NCBI RefSeq assembly: GCF_006345805.1
Contig: NC_043026.1
Span: forward strand, 7,316,001 to 7,380,000
DNA length: 64,000 nucleotides
Direction: 5' to 3'
Source of the DNA: Octopus sinensis
Taxonomy: Eukaryota
Shown here: positions 39,346 through 51,624 of the stretch, one piece after another
Numbering within the stretch: the first letter of the stretch is position 1
Layout: each line of letters opens with the position of its first letter
Program-made: the position numbers and the translations under genes
The notes under the pieces: model-generated
Told to the model about the DNA's origin: nothing
The model's input: the letters and a program-made list of their open reading frames with translations, nothing else
Database searches by the model: none

Positions 39346-39685
39346 AAAAGAATGCACACACACACACACGTGCACACACATGTATATCGAAGCACACACA
39401 CACACACACACACACATACAAATATATCAAAACACCAACGCACACGTATTAATCAAAACACAAAGATGTCCACTCCTATACGCAGTTAGTAAATACCATC
39501 TGAGAGAGAATGAGTCGGTAGAATCTAGGATTGGTCTATTGATGCAATCAGGAGACTCGAGACATTTAGATCTCGACAAAGAAAATGCCAATGTTTGTTT
39601 CTGTGCTATATTTCTAGAACATTCCATTGCTATATGTTGAAGCTGAGATGCAGATTACTTTGAATACAGTGTAAAATTAAAGGAA

Positions 39686-39911
39686 CAACCCTTTCGTTAC
39701 CAACCCGGCTGAAACCGGCCATAGCTCTGAGTACAAATGTTTTGTTTTCATAAGTTTTGAATTAAAATCTTCCACCAAACCTTAGTCACAATTTATGTTC
39801 CTAACACTAGCTGAATGATAACGAAGTTATTTTACTAAATTCTTTCTTATATTTAAAAGTAATTGAAAGAAACACAGAATCTCAACAGAAATAGGGTAAC
39901 AAAAGGGTTAA
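39686..39911. mobile_element. TTAA-type MITE
   Basis: Terminal inverted repeats aaccctttcgttacc / ggtaacaaaagggttaa; related pieces at 15120-15445. Confidence 0.65.
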
Positions 39912-40754
39912 GAAGAAAAATAATCAGCAGAAGACATGAGAGAAAGAGACCTCAATGTGGTCACTGTATATGCTAGAAATTTGGTTTAACTGTTTTAGGT
40001 TCAATTCTATAGCATCGAGATATATATACACACACACACACATATATATATTCATATATACTTATACATACATGGTGGCTGCCCCCTCGTTATCGAGTAT
40101 GGCCATTGCACGAAGCTTAATCAATGTTGTTATTGTGCAATGCCTGTGCAAGAAGATTTTTTTTTAAGTGAGGAAAGGCTGTGCACTGAGTCAATCCCAC
40201 TCACTAAGCAACAGCAGCCATAATCCGAAAAGAAGAACAAGTCAGCATCATCGGTAACCACTGAGCCGCAGGTTTTATGTCAGTTATCCCAGTTACCTGA
40301 GTTACTTTCTCCTAGAAGGATGCCCTAACAAAGGCTATGTACATACATATATACATATATATATACTCTTTTACCTGTTTCAGTCATTTGACTGTGGCCA
40401 TGCTGGAGCACCACCTTTAGTCAAACAAATCGACCCCAGGACTTATTCTTTGTACACCTACGTCAGACGGTTATATATATTTAAATAAATTTGCTTTATT
40501 AAGTGAGAAGAAACCTTCTCATATCAGGGGCAGAAATTTACATTTTTATATGCTTGTGGAAAATAAAATGTGACGATGCGTGTAAAGTGCATGTTTGCCA
40601 GATAATGTGTGTGGGAGTTAAAAGACAGTGTAATGGCTGGCGAGATGTTGTAAGAAGCCATGAGTTGCTTGTTACGTGACTGTAGAGTGATATCGTTGCA
40701 TGTGTGTTACGAAACACACGCAGCTAAACGACAAAGTTATTAACTGGTCGAAGT

Positions 40755-41460
40755 CATCATCATCATCATCATCATCATCGTTTAACGTCCGCTTTCCATG
40801 CTAGCATGGGTTGGACGATTTGACTGAGGTCTGGCGAACCAGATGGCTGCACCAGGCTCCAATCTGATCTGGCAGAGTTTCTACAGCTGGATACACTTCC
40901 TAACGCCAACCACTCCGAGAGTGTAGTGGGTGGGGTAGAAAGGGCTCCTTAGCCGTAGTGAAGGCAATCTATCTAGGGAGATAACCTTACAATAAATCAC
41001 TGGGTCCGTAGCTTAGAAATACTGGGTTGACGTCCAGCGGGAACAACTTTGTTTCATGGAGGAGGAAAGACCTTCTTTAGTACTTGATTGTACAATGCTT
41101 TCCAATGTGTGTAGTAGCGCACACATTATTAGCCATTTGAAAAGACTATGAAAGTCTCGACCACGGTCGAACAATGATGATGTAGTGGGTGCTTTTATGT
41201 GCCACCAGCACGAGGGCCAATCAGGCAGTACTGGCAACGGCCACACTCAAATGGTGCTTTTTATGTGCCACCTGCACAGGAGCCAGTCCAGCAGCACTGG
41301 CAACGACTTTGCTTGAATGATTTTTCACGTAGCACTAGCGTAAGTACTAGTAAGGCGACACAGGTAACGATCACGCTCGAATGGTGTTTTTATGTGCTAC
41401 CGGCACGGAGGCCCGCTTGTTGCCCTGGCAACGATTTCACTCGTATGGTACTCTTAGCGT
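40755..41460 (-). mobile_element. Family C SINE interrupted by the 260 bp retroposon
   Basis: Body resumes after TSD tgtagtgggtg. Confidence 0.85.
40933..41180 (+). mobile_element. Young ~260 bp non-autonomous retroposon, copy 2
   Basis: 11 bp TSD tgtagtgggtg (40922-40932 / 41181-41191); same first nucleotide as copy 1. Confidence 0.9.
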
Positions 41461-41513
41461 AAAGCACATAGATATGAAACAAGGTGTGTAAAAATTGTAC
41501 TCGGTAGAGTGAT

Positions 41514-41646
41514 ATACTTTATTAAAATGCAGCAGAAATATAACAAAAACTGTCACTCAGAGATTCGTGTTGCTGTTCAATGAAGTGGAACGTGAATTTC
41601 TGAGTAATAGTTTTTGTGATATTTCTGCTGCTTTTTAATAAAGTAT
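41514..41646. repeat. Fold-back palindrome, same family as 44761-44874
   Basis: atactttattaaaatgcagcagaaat... / ...atttctgctgctttttaataaagtat. Confidence 0.85.
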
Positions 41647-41831
41647 GTGTGTGAGTGTATAATATAGATATATATAGAAAAGCTTCTTTGTTTATGATAT
41701 GGGCAGTAGTCAGAAGCCTCAGATAAAGGAGTGAGACACAAAGCTATAAAAAGATGTCAAGGAGAATTTCAGATAAGTTCAACAATTTATTTATACATAT
41801 ATTCTGCAATAGAACAATGCATATCAGTTGC

Positions 41832-41892
<61 letters not shown>

Positions 41893-41896
<4 letters not shown>

Positions 41897-42203
41897 CAAT
41901 GGCCCAATGGTTAGGGTAGCAGACTCACGGTCGTAGGATCGCGGTTTCGATTTCCAGACCGGGCGATGTGAGTGTTTATTGAGCGGAAACACCTAAAGCT
42001 TCCAGAGGCTCCGGCAGAGGGTGGTGGCGATCCCTGCTGTACTCTTTCGCCACAACTTTCTCTCACTCTTTCTTCTGTTGGCCTGCTCGCTTAGCCAGCG
42101 GGGTGGCGCCATTTGAAGGCTAAAACACAATGTGAAACGCATTGTGACCAGCGATGTGTAGCAACATCTGATAGCCTGGTCGGTCACGGTGATCATGGTG
42201 ATA
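41893..42203 (+). mobile_element. SINE family D, full length, young
   Basis: ggcgcaatggcccaatggttagggtagc...ggtttcgatt...ctggtcggtcacggtgatcatggtgat. Confidence 0.9.
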
Positions 42204-42208
42204 TAATA

Positions 42209-42240
<32 letters not shown>

Positions 42241-42242
42241 CA

Positions 42243-42304
<62 letters not shown>

Positions 42305-42305
42305 T

Positions 42306-42358
<53 letters not shown>

Positions 42359-42984
42359 CGTAAAAGGCACCATTCGAGCGTGATCGTTACCAGCGTCTCC
42401 TTACTGGCACTTGTGCTGGTGGCACATGAACAAAACATTCGAGCGAGGTCGTTGCTAGTACCGCTGGATTGGATCCTGTGCAGGTGGCACATAAAAAACA
42501 CCATTTGTATATATTTATACGTATATATGTATATATATATATATTAAGGTATGTAGAAAAATACAACATGGACAAGAACGTATAACTCTTAGAAGACGAT
42601 ACAATAAACACGGACAGGACATTCGAAACCCTCAGTCTTCAGTCAAGAACCGGATCATCGTAGTAATTTCGGCTGATTAATCTTGAGATTACTAGATCAC
42701 GGCCAGCCCTCCAAGAAAAACTAAGCAACGAGCATTAGAAAAACTAAGCTGGGAGCGTAGATTTCCTGGAAGAAGGATTGAATGCATATGGACACCAGGA
42801 CAGCAAAAGGGACGAATATAAAAAAACAAAAAACAATAATGGAATACAGAAACAAGAAATACAGAAGCATTAACGGTGAAAACAACAACAAGTGTCTTAC
42901 GACTGATAACAAGCAAACAAATTTTTTCTCTGGCGCATTGGAAAGGAGCCTTATCGGCGATGCCTATAGCGGCGGACGAAAAAC

Positions 42985-43082
<98 letters not shown>

Positions 43083-43349
43083 GTATATATATACATATGT
43101 ATATATATACATATATATATATATGTATATATACATATGTATATATATACATATGTATATATACTTATATATATATTATATATATATGTATATATACATA
43201 TTTATATCATCATTATCATCATCATCATCATTTAAAGTCTGCTTTCCATGCTGGCATGGGTTGGACGGTTTGAGTGGGCACTGGTGAGGCAGGAGGCCAC
43301 ACCAGCCTCCAATATGATCTGGCAGAGTTTCTACAGCTTGATGCCCTTC

Positions 43350-44586
43350 TCAAACATTTAATCACAAAATGCTTTTTCTTTCACATAGAATATAGATGCA
43401 TAGAATCACGGAAGATGAAACACAACCCACCAATACAAGCATATAAGAAAAATATAGGGAAAATGTGTGAATACAGTCCATCGCGGTCAAAAGTTGATGA
43501 TTAATAATTTAGTGACTTAAAAGAATATATTTTTTAGCATTACAACATCTAGAATAATAAATACATAAAAATATAAAGAAATATATAAATATATAGATAT
43601 GGCGCAGGAGTGGCTGTGTGGTAAGTAGCTTGCTAACCAACCACATGGTTCCGGGTTCAGTCCCACTGCGTGGCATCTTGGGCAAGTGTCTTCTGCTATA
43701 GCCCCGGGACAACCAATGCCTTGTCAGTGGATTTGGTAGACGGAAACTGAAAGAAGCCTGTCGTATATATGTATATATAAGTGTGTGTGTATATGTTTGT
43801 GTGTCTGTGTTTGTCCCCCTAGCATTGCTTGACAACCGATGCTGCTGTGTTTACGTCCCCGTCACTTAGCGGTTCGGCAAAACAGACCGATAGAATAAGT
43901 ACTGGGCTTACAAAGAATAAGTCCCGGGGTCGATTTGCTCGACTAAAGGCGGTGCTCCAGCATGGCCGCAGTCAAATGACTGAAACAAGTAAAAGAGTAA
44001 AAAGAGAGAGAGTATATATAAAAAGATATAAAAATACATATATATATAGGAAACATATAAATAAATAATATATAAGGTAAGGTAAAAGTTCATCGTTTAG
44101 AAATTCTTTCAATTAAAAATTACTTTTCAAGATAAGGGAAACCTATTGTTAAAAGCCAGTGTCCAAGCAAAAAAGAAGAAACCATATTTACATTCCCTAT
44201 GGCCATTTCAGGGGTTCATCACTGTACTTAATGCCCGAGGGTGCACCACAATATTTACTCCTTCGTCATGGGAAAAATAAAGAAACGCACATCATGTACC
44301 AGGGTGTGACCTCCTTAAGCAGAAGAAGTTTTATATCTGTATATTTATATATTTCTTTATATTTTTATGTATTTATTATTCTAGATGTTGTAATGTTAAA
44401 AAAAAAAAATATTTTTTAGTCACTAAATTATTAATCATCAACTTTTAACCGCGATGGACTGTAGTCACACATTTTTCTTATATTTTCCTTATATGCTTGT
44501 ATTGGTGGGTTGTGTTTCATCTTCCGTGATTCTATGCATCTATATTCTATGTGAAAGAGAAAGCATTATGTGATTAAATGTTTGAG
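43350..44586. repeat. ~250 bp inverted repeat pair (43350-43600 / 44333-44586) enclosing a SINE and unique spacer
   Basis: ctcaaacatttaatcac...atatagatat versus its reverse complement. Confidence 0.9.
43601..44010 (+). mobile_element. tRNA-derived SINE family A, full-length reference copy (CORE-like cttgggcaagtg)
   Basis: A-box tggctgtgtggtaag, B-box gggttcagtccc, internal TA/TG tract, tail gactgaaacaagtaaaagagtaaaa; >12 copies in window. Confidence 0.92.
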
Positions 44587-44715
44587 ATATGAAATGTTAC
44601 GTGGATGACCTTGTATTTGTTTGTTCTGCAACCATCGTTTTATATATTTGTCTCATTTAATTTTAAAACATTTTGTTCCTGATAAGAAACAATCACTTTA
44701 TTATTGATATGTTTG

Positions 44716-44760
<45 letters not shown>

Positions 44761-44765
<5 letters not shown>

Positions 44766-44874
44766 TTTATTTAAAGCAGCAGAAAATTCAACAAAATCTG
44801 TTACTCTGAGTGGCAACGAGAAACTCAGAGTAACAGATTTTGTTGAATTTTCTGCTGCTTTTAAATAAAGCATA
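44761..44874. repeat. Near-perfect fold-back palindrome (~50 bp arms)
   Basis: tactttatttaaagcagcagaaaattcaacaaaatctgttactctgagt / actcagagtaacagattttgttgaattttctgctgcttttaaataaagca. Confidence 0.92.
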
Positions 44875-44942
44875 TTACTCTACCACTGATTTGAGTACTC
44901 TTTCTTTCCACCTTGTTTCACATTTATGTGTTTACTCCGGTG

Positions 44943-45006
<64 letters not shown>

Positions 45007-45261
45007 AGTGAGGTAGGGGTTATGAGTGTAACCCACTATGGGATATCAGTTACCAATATACTACCAGTGAAGTACCCAAAAAGCTAATGTATATATATGT
45101 ATATATACATATATATACATATATATGTATATGTAAAAAAATACAAACTGGGACAAGAACGCGAAACATTTAGAAGACGATACAAAAAACATGGATGGGA
45201 CATTTGAAGCCTATATATATGTATATACATGCATATATACATATAAATATAAATGAATATA

Positions 45262-45735
45262 CAAGGTCTGATCATTAAGTATCCAGATTGTTGCCATAGT
45301 AACGAAGCTAAAGCACACAAAGTGAAGCCACTTGGCACAGATTGACCTTCACCTCTGCTGTATATGCACACTAAGTTTTAATGTTCTAGCTCACTTCCAC
45401 TGTTTACAGCAGTGCTTGGAAGGAAGGTGTGTAGCGTGTGATCATCACATTGACCATGGCAGAGAAAGTTGTCAAGGCAATACCTGCTCAGAGGCCTTCG
45501 CAAAGTTGCAGAAAAAGTATGGAGAGGAGTGTACAAGCTGCACACAAGTGCATGAGTGGTTCTGATGTTTGCAAGATGGCTGGAAAATGTCGATATTGAC
45601 AAACGTCCTGGAAAACCTGCAGCTAGCAGAACGGAGAAAACCATCAGAGATATGTGTGTGCAGTTGTGAGGGGAAATCATTGATTCACCATCCGTGAGTT
45701 ATCAGAGGATGGACAGATTAGTTACAGTTCAGTCC
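45262..45735 (+). mobile_element. 5' fragment of a mariner element
   Basis: TA|CAAGGTCTGATC end; AFAKLQKKYGEECTSCTQVHEWF..DKRPG HTH region. Confidence 0.75.
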
Positions 45736-45816
45736 ATTATCAATAAAATAATAAATAAATATAGGTTGACTTACAGATTTTAAAACAAAATCATAAAACG
45801 AGGTGAGGGTCTAGAA

Positions 45817-46250
45817 CAGCATTTCCCAACCAAGGGAGCTTGCACTCCTTGGGGGTGGAAGCAGAGCCGGATTTATAGGGGGTCAAAGCAGGCAATTGCC
45901 CTGGGCACCTCTATTCTTATATATATTTCTTTACTACCCACAAGGGGCTAAACATAGAGGGGTCAAACAAGGACAGACAAACGGATTAAGCCGATTACAT
46001 CGACCCCAGTGCGAAATTGGTACTTTATTTATCGACCCCGAAAGAATGAAAGGCAAAGTCGACCTTGGCGGAATTTGAACTCAGAACGTAACGACAGACG
46101 AAATATCGCAAAGCATTTCGCCCGGCATGCTAACGTTTCTGCCAGCCCACCGCCCACCTCTATTCTTATACAGATTATTACTTTAAGGGGTGTGAGAACA
46201 TATTAAAAGTTTTTAGGAGTGCAGGGCATAAATATGGTTGGGAACCACTG
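45817..46250. mobile_element. hAT (Charlie-like) MITE with nested family B SINE
   Basis: TIRs cagcatttcccaacc / ggttgggaaccactg, imperfect 8 bp TSD gtctagaa/atttagaa. Confidence 0.65.
45922..46154 (-). mobile_element. SINE family B, full length, with 16 bp TSD
   Basis: TSD cacctctattcttata on both sides. Confidence 0.9.
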
Positions 46251-46587
46251 ATTTAGAAGATAAAAAGTTTGGGTCTTACTAACCTAGCTTGTAATCCGAT
46301 GACTATTTCTGGGTGTCTGGTTGTCCAGTCATATAAAAGGTGTTTGCATCCATTATTGGACACCACCTCCTTCATCAGGGAAAATATGCATTTACACAGT
46401 TTGATGTATTAAATACCCTTTTACATGTGTGTAGAGAGTGTGTATGTATATATGGTCAAGTGTTTACTTGCTCTGTTTTCCATTTTTTCCCTCATTATTT
46501 ATGTATTTAACTCGTTTGTTTACGTATTTCATATTGTTTGCACTGTTGGTGTTGTCCTGTACCCATATATGCATATATATATATATA

Positions 46588-47878
46588 CGAGGGACGTTCA
46601 ATAAGTAATGCCTCTGACCCACTTGTAGTTGTTTGATCAAGCTGAAATTTTGCATGTGCAATCATTTATATCTCTATAGATTACGTGGCAAATTACAGCT
46701 CTGAACTAATTGTGGTTTCTGATTTACAGGTGTTTGAACTGAGTCAAGTGTGAAATGGAGCCTGTTGAGTGTCGAGCAGTGATCCAGGTTTTGTATTTGA
46801 AAGGACACACACCACGGGAGACTTTTGATGAAATGAAAGTAACTTATGGTGATGATGCCCCATCATATGACCTTGTGAAACGCTGGCATCGTGAATTCAA
46901 ACATAGTCGGAACTCTGTGGAAACAGCCCCAGATCTGGTCACCCTCCTTCTGCCATTGATGAGGCATCTGTCCGTCAAGTTGAGGCTACCATTTTGGAAG
47001 ATCGACGCATAACTATTCGCCAAATAGCCCATGAGGTCAAGATTAGTACCGGGTCTGTGGAAACTATCATTCATGACCATTTGCATATGCAAAAGGTGTC
47101 TGCCAGATGGATTCCCAGGTTGCTCACACCTTTCCAGAAGCAAGAATGCGTCGAGTGCTCGAGGATGAATTTGGAGATGTGCTAAGAAGATGAGTCAAAA
47201 TTTTTCAAAAGACTGATTACACAGGATGAAACCTGGGTCCATCACCAAGATCCAGAGACCAAAGCCCAGTCAATGCAGCGGAAGCACCGTGATTCACCTC
47301 CTCCAAAGAAGGCAAGGGTGCTGCCCTCCACTGGCAAGGTCATGCTCACAGTCTTCTGGGACCAGGACAGAGTAGTGATGACAGATTTCCTGGCAAAGGG
47401 TACCACAATTACAGGAGCCTATTATGCTTCACTTTTGAGGAAATTAAGAGAAGCTATGAAAATCAAGAGGCGGGGCAAGATCAGCAAAGGCATCCTCCTC
47501 CTGCAGGACAACGCTCCGGTCCACAACTCGATGGTTGCCAGATCAGAAGCACAGGTGTGCGGCTATGAACTCCTCCCCCAACCCTCTACTCTCTTGACCT
47601 TGCACCCTCGGATTTTCACCTCTTCCCAGCCATGAAGTTGTTTTTGAAAGGAAAGCGTTTCCCAGATGATGCAGCCTTGATTTCTGAAGTCAGGTCGTGG
47701 TTGGAGGACCAAGCTGGTGTCTTCTACAAAAACGGTCTCCAGAGCTGCATCAAACAATGGGAGAAATGCGTAACTCTGGGTGGTTCCTATGTAGAAAAAG
47801 ACTAATAACTGTGCCAAGTTTCGTTGCTCTACTGCTATGGGAAGTGGGTCAGGGGCATTACTTATTGAACGCCCCTCG
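46588..47878 (+). mobile_element. Full-length mariner element (~1.29 kb), defective transposase 46755-47805
   Basis: TA-flanked TIRs cgagggacgttcaataagtaatgcc / ggcattacttattgaacgcccctcg; WIPRLL, ITQDETWVHH, LLLQDNAPVH, frameshifted DLAPSDFHLF; one stop and two frameshifts. Confidence 0.95.
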
Positions 47879-47994
47879 TATATGTGTGTATGTATGTAGG
47901 TATGTATATATTGATTTCAATTTCGAATCAAATTTGCTCCACTGGCACGGGTGCCAGTCATTGAATTTGATTCAAAATCAAAATCGAATCAAAA

Positions 47995-48611
47995 TTCGAT
48001 GACTGGCACCCATGCCAGTGGGGCGCTAAGAGCACCACCCGAGCATGATCGTTACCAGAGCAGCTGACTAGCTTCCATGCCAGTGGCACGTAAAAAGCAC
48101 CATTCTAGCCTCACTGTTACCAGCGTCGCCTTACTGACACATGAAGAGACATTTGAGCGAGGTCGTTGCCAGTGCCACTAGATTGGCTCCTGTGCAGGTG
48201 GCACATAAAAAAACACCATCTGAGCATGGCCATTGCCAGTACTGCCTGACTGGCCCTTGTGCTGGTGGCACATAAAAGCACCCACTACACTCTCAGAGTG
48301 GTTGGCGTTAGGAAGGGCATCCACCTGTAGAGACTCTGCCAGATCAAGATTGGAGCCTGGTGCAGCCATCTGGTTCACCAAGCCCTCAGTCAAATCGTCC
48401 AACCCATGCTAGCATGGAAAGTGGACATTTAAACGATGATGATGATATATTTATATACATTACGTGCCACCTTGGAGTGGTTGGCGTTAGGAAGGGCATC
48501 CAGCTGTAGAAACACTGCCAGATCAGACTGGAGCCTGGTGCAGCCCCTGGCTTCCCAGACCCCGGTCGAACCGTCCAACCCATGCTAGCATGGAAAACGG
48601 ACGTTAAACGT

Positions 48612-48650
<39 letters not shown>
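47995..48650 (+). mobile_element. Two family C SINEs in tandem
   Basis: Two ggcgttaggaagggcatcc bodies each with (GAT)n tail. Confidence 0.85.
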
Positions 48651-49123
48651 CGACATACAGAATTGAGGAAATATCCACACGAGGGATGGTTAAAAGCAAT
48701 CCTGTGTAATCAAATATATTGATAGGACGATCGTCAATGTCTATGTGTACAAACAGTCTCATAAAATTTAAAATGTCAATAAAGGGAAATGGAGGAGAAC
48801 AATTTAAACGAGTAATTTTTCTTCTCCATTTTCTTTTATTGACTTTTTAAGTATATATATATGTATATATATTTGTGTGTATACATATATATATATGCAC
48901 ATTAAAAATCTGGTACAGTCTTCTGCATGTCAAATTGTTCCAACCATAGAAGGTGGACATTAAACGACGATGATACACACACGCACACACACACACACAC
49001 ATATATTATCATCATCATCATCACCATTATCGTTTAACGTCTGCTTTCCATGCTGGCATGGGTTGGACGGTTTGACTGAGGACTGGTGAGCCAGATGGCT
49101 GCACAAGGCTCCAATCTAATATA

Positions 49124-49162
<39 letters not shown>

Positions 49163-49251
49163 TATATATATATAATAGATAAGAAGTTTGTTTGGTAAAG
49201 CACGTGGGTGAATATATAAGAAAATAGTAAAGTGTGAAAAACGACAGAAGG

Positions 49252-49351
49252 NNNNNNNNNNNNNNNNNNNNNNNNNNNNNNNNNNNNNNNNNNNNNNNNN
49301 NNNNNNNNNNNNNNNNNNNNNNNNNNNNNNNNNNNNNNNNNNNNNNNNNNN
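49252..49351. other. Assembly gap (100 N)
   Basis: Run of n. Confidence 1.
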
Positions 49352-50109
49352 AAATTTCTTCAAGGGATACCAGATAAGCCATCTCTACCTGGATACATCT
49401 CAGTCAATGACAACTCCTGACTTGAATGGGTCACGATACCACAAAATTAAACTTAACCGTTTAGTGTTCAGATTAATTTGTCAAATGTAATGCTTATCTG
49501 TTCACATTAATTTTGATTTATTCACGTTCAAGAGGGGTGGCCACAATATTTACTTGTAAATTTGTTAATTTTCCACATACAGATTTAAAACTTTGTAAAT
49601 AGGTGCTTATATGCCAGTGGTTTATAATTACATAATTTTAGCTGATCTTTCTGACTAAATTTGACTTTTATGGGCAGTAGTAATTTAATTAACAGGTGTT
49701 AACAACAATAACATTATGAATAAACGCTAAAATTATATTCTAATACATCTTACCTGTTTGATTTGTTACTAAAATGATCCCAGATGTCAACCGCAAACAA
49801 TTTACATTTTTCAAGATGAAGTAAAGTACATTAATTTGAATTAATTAAAAAAGGTGTAATCGGTAGAAGATTTTATTCTTTTTCTATATTTCATTCAAAC
49901 GTCATCATTGAAAAGAAAGTACAAAACTCTTTTACTGGTCAGTATACCATCGGCTGTGCACTCTTATACATGACTTAGCAGATTCTATCAAGTGTTGCTA
50001 TTAAATCAGACATGGTCGGGGGCCAATGTTTGACTGATACATACCCAACTTTATATCATTTTACACGATTAATATGTTACGTCATGCTGCATTTTATTCT
50101 GTTTTCCAG

Positions 50110-50295
50110 GAACAACACGAGAGCAAGTCTGGGAAAATGCCAAAGCAAGTGTCCAGTAAAATAAGCAGCAAGGGCCGGTCACAATACCCGAGAGTTTGGC
50201 AAGGCCAGGTGAAGCTGACCAAACTCAAGACGGTTGTTGCTTTCTCAAAGAAAAGACCAAAACCAAAAAAAGGCAGCAAGAAATTAGAAGATTAG
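50110..50295 (+). CDS. Candidate terminal coding exon, Lys-rich, unknown protein
   Basis: Acceptor attttattctgttttccag|, open frame EQHESKSGK...KLKTVVAFSKKRPKPKKGSKKLED*, GC higher than flanks; no homology recognised. Confidence 0.35.
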   Translation, partial: EQHESKSGKMPKQVSSKISSKGRSQYPRVWQGQVKLTKLKTVVAFSKKRPKPKKGSKKLED

Positions 50296-51332
50296 ATTAA
50301 TTTAGATTAATTTGAAGAAGACACAATATATATATATTATTGAAAACACTTTGGTCTGGTTCCATGCGACTAAATGTTCAGCTGGCCCCTAACAGAAGCT
50401 CATTTCTTTCAGGCTTTTGATTACCACATGGGACTGAATCAAACCGTTTTAAATAGTACATGATGTAACCCCTACAAAATATGTTGAGTGCCTTTTTTCT
50501 TTCGTTTGTCCACCGCTTGGTGATTCCTTTTTCTTCTTAGGACTTTTCCCCTTCTCCTTTCCAACAAAGAGCTAAGCTCAAAACATCAAACTCTCTCTTT
50601 TCACCAAACCTCAGCATAACACACTTCTTGTGTATATATATATATTATATATATATATATACACATATATATATATATCATTCAAAGAAATTCCAACTCT
50701 GTTTTTTACATGTTTTATTTATATTCTTTATAATATTAATGTAGAATATAGAATATATAGTATAAATAGTATATATATATAGTAAAAAAAGAAATGAAGT
50801 ATTGATTGTCATATTGAATAGATGAAATATCGAATATCAAATATTAAGGGACTAGTATACTTTCTTGCATTTAAGCAGTCTTCAAGGTCCCAGGTTGTGA
50901 CAGGAATGTTGCAACTGTCTATATACACACATATATGAGACCGTAGTCACACATATATATATATATATATAACCCTATCTACATACTGTATATATATATA
51001 TATATATACAAATATTAAATGAAACAGAGAAACAAACCAAAAATTTATTTACATTATAATACTATAAAAGAATATAAGATAACATGACAAATAAAAAAAA
51101 AACACATATAAAGCCAACAATTTGTTTCAACTTATATACACAACTGAATTTATTAAAAACTCCTATCTATGTATATAAGCTTCTTCGGTTCAAAAAAAAA
51201 TCAGATGAAATTCTATGTAAGGACTGCTTGATTTATATTTACATATATATATATATATATAATATTATATATATTACGGAGATGTTACTCGCATAGCAAG
51301 TAATTTGATCTGAGATCGGGTGGCTGAAACGA

Positions 51333-51603
51333 AAACAATTGCAGCGTGGAAGGGGTTTATAAGCCATTAAGAAACACCAAAAGCCGTTCGATTCACTTCA
51401 ACATTTAAGTTTAATTTGTCAAATATTTTCGTCGTCGCTAAAATCCGCGACCTGTTCACTGACAAACATCCGTAGTAGTGAACAGGTCGCAGATTTTAGC
51501 AACGAAAATATTTTGACAATTAAACTTAAATGTTGAAGTGAATCGAACGACTTTTGTGTGTTTCTTGAATGGCTTACAAACACCTTCTACGCTGCAATTG
51601 TTT
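51333..51603. repeat. Long fold-back palindrome (~125 bp arms)
   Basis: aaacaattgcagcgtggaagg...cgacctgttcact / agtgaacaggtcg...ccttctacgctgcaattgttt. Confidence 0.92.
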
Positions 51604-51624
51604 ATGTATGTATGTATGTATGTA

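Noticed and set aside
41893-41965. tRNA genes (also 4125-4195, 12712-12775, 16095-16166)
   Set aside because: They are tRNA-derived SINE heads continuing into SINE bodies; no intact acceptor stem
42600-42650. Minus-strand CTGAAGA...CGAA hammerhead-like motif
   Set aside because: Lacks the full GAAA and pairable stems
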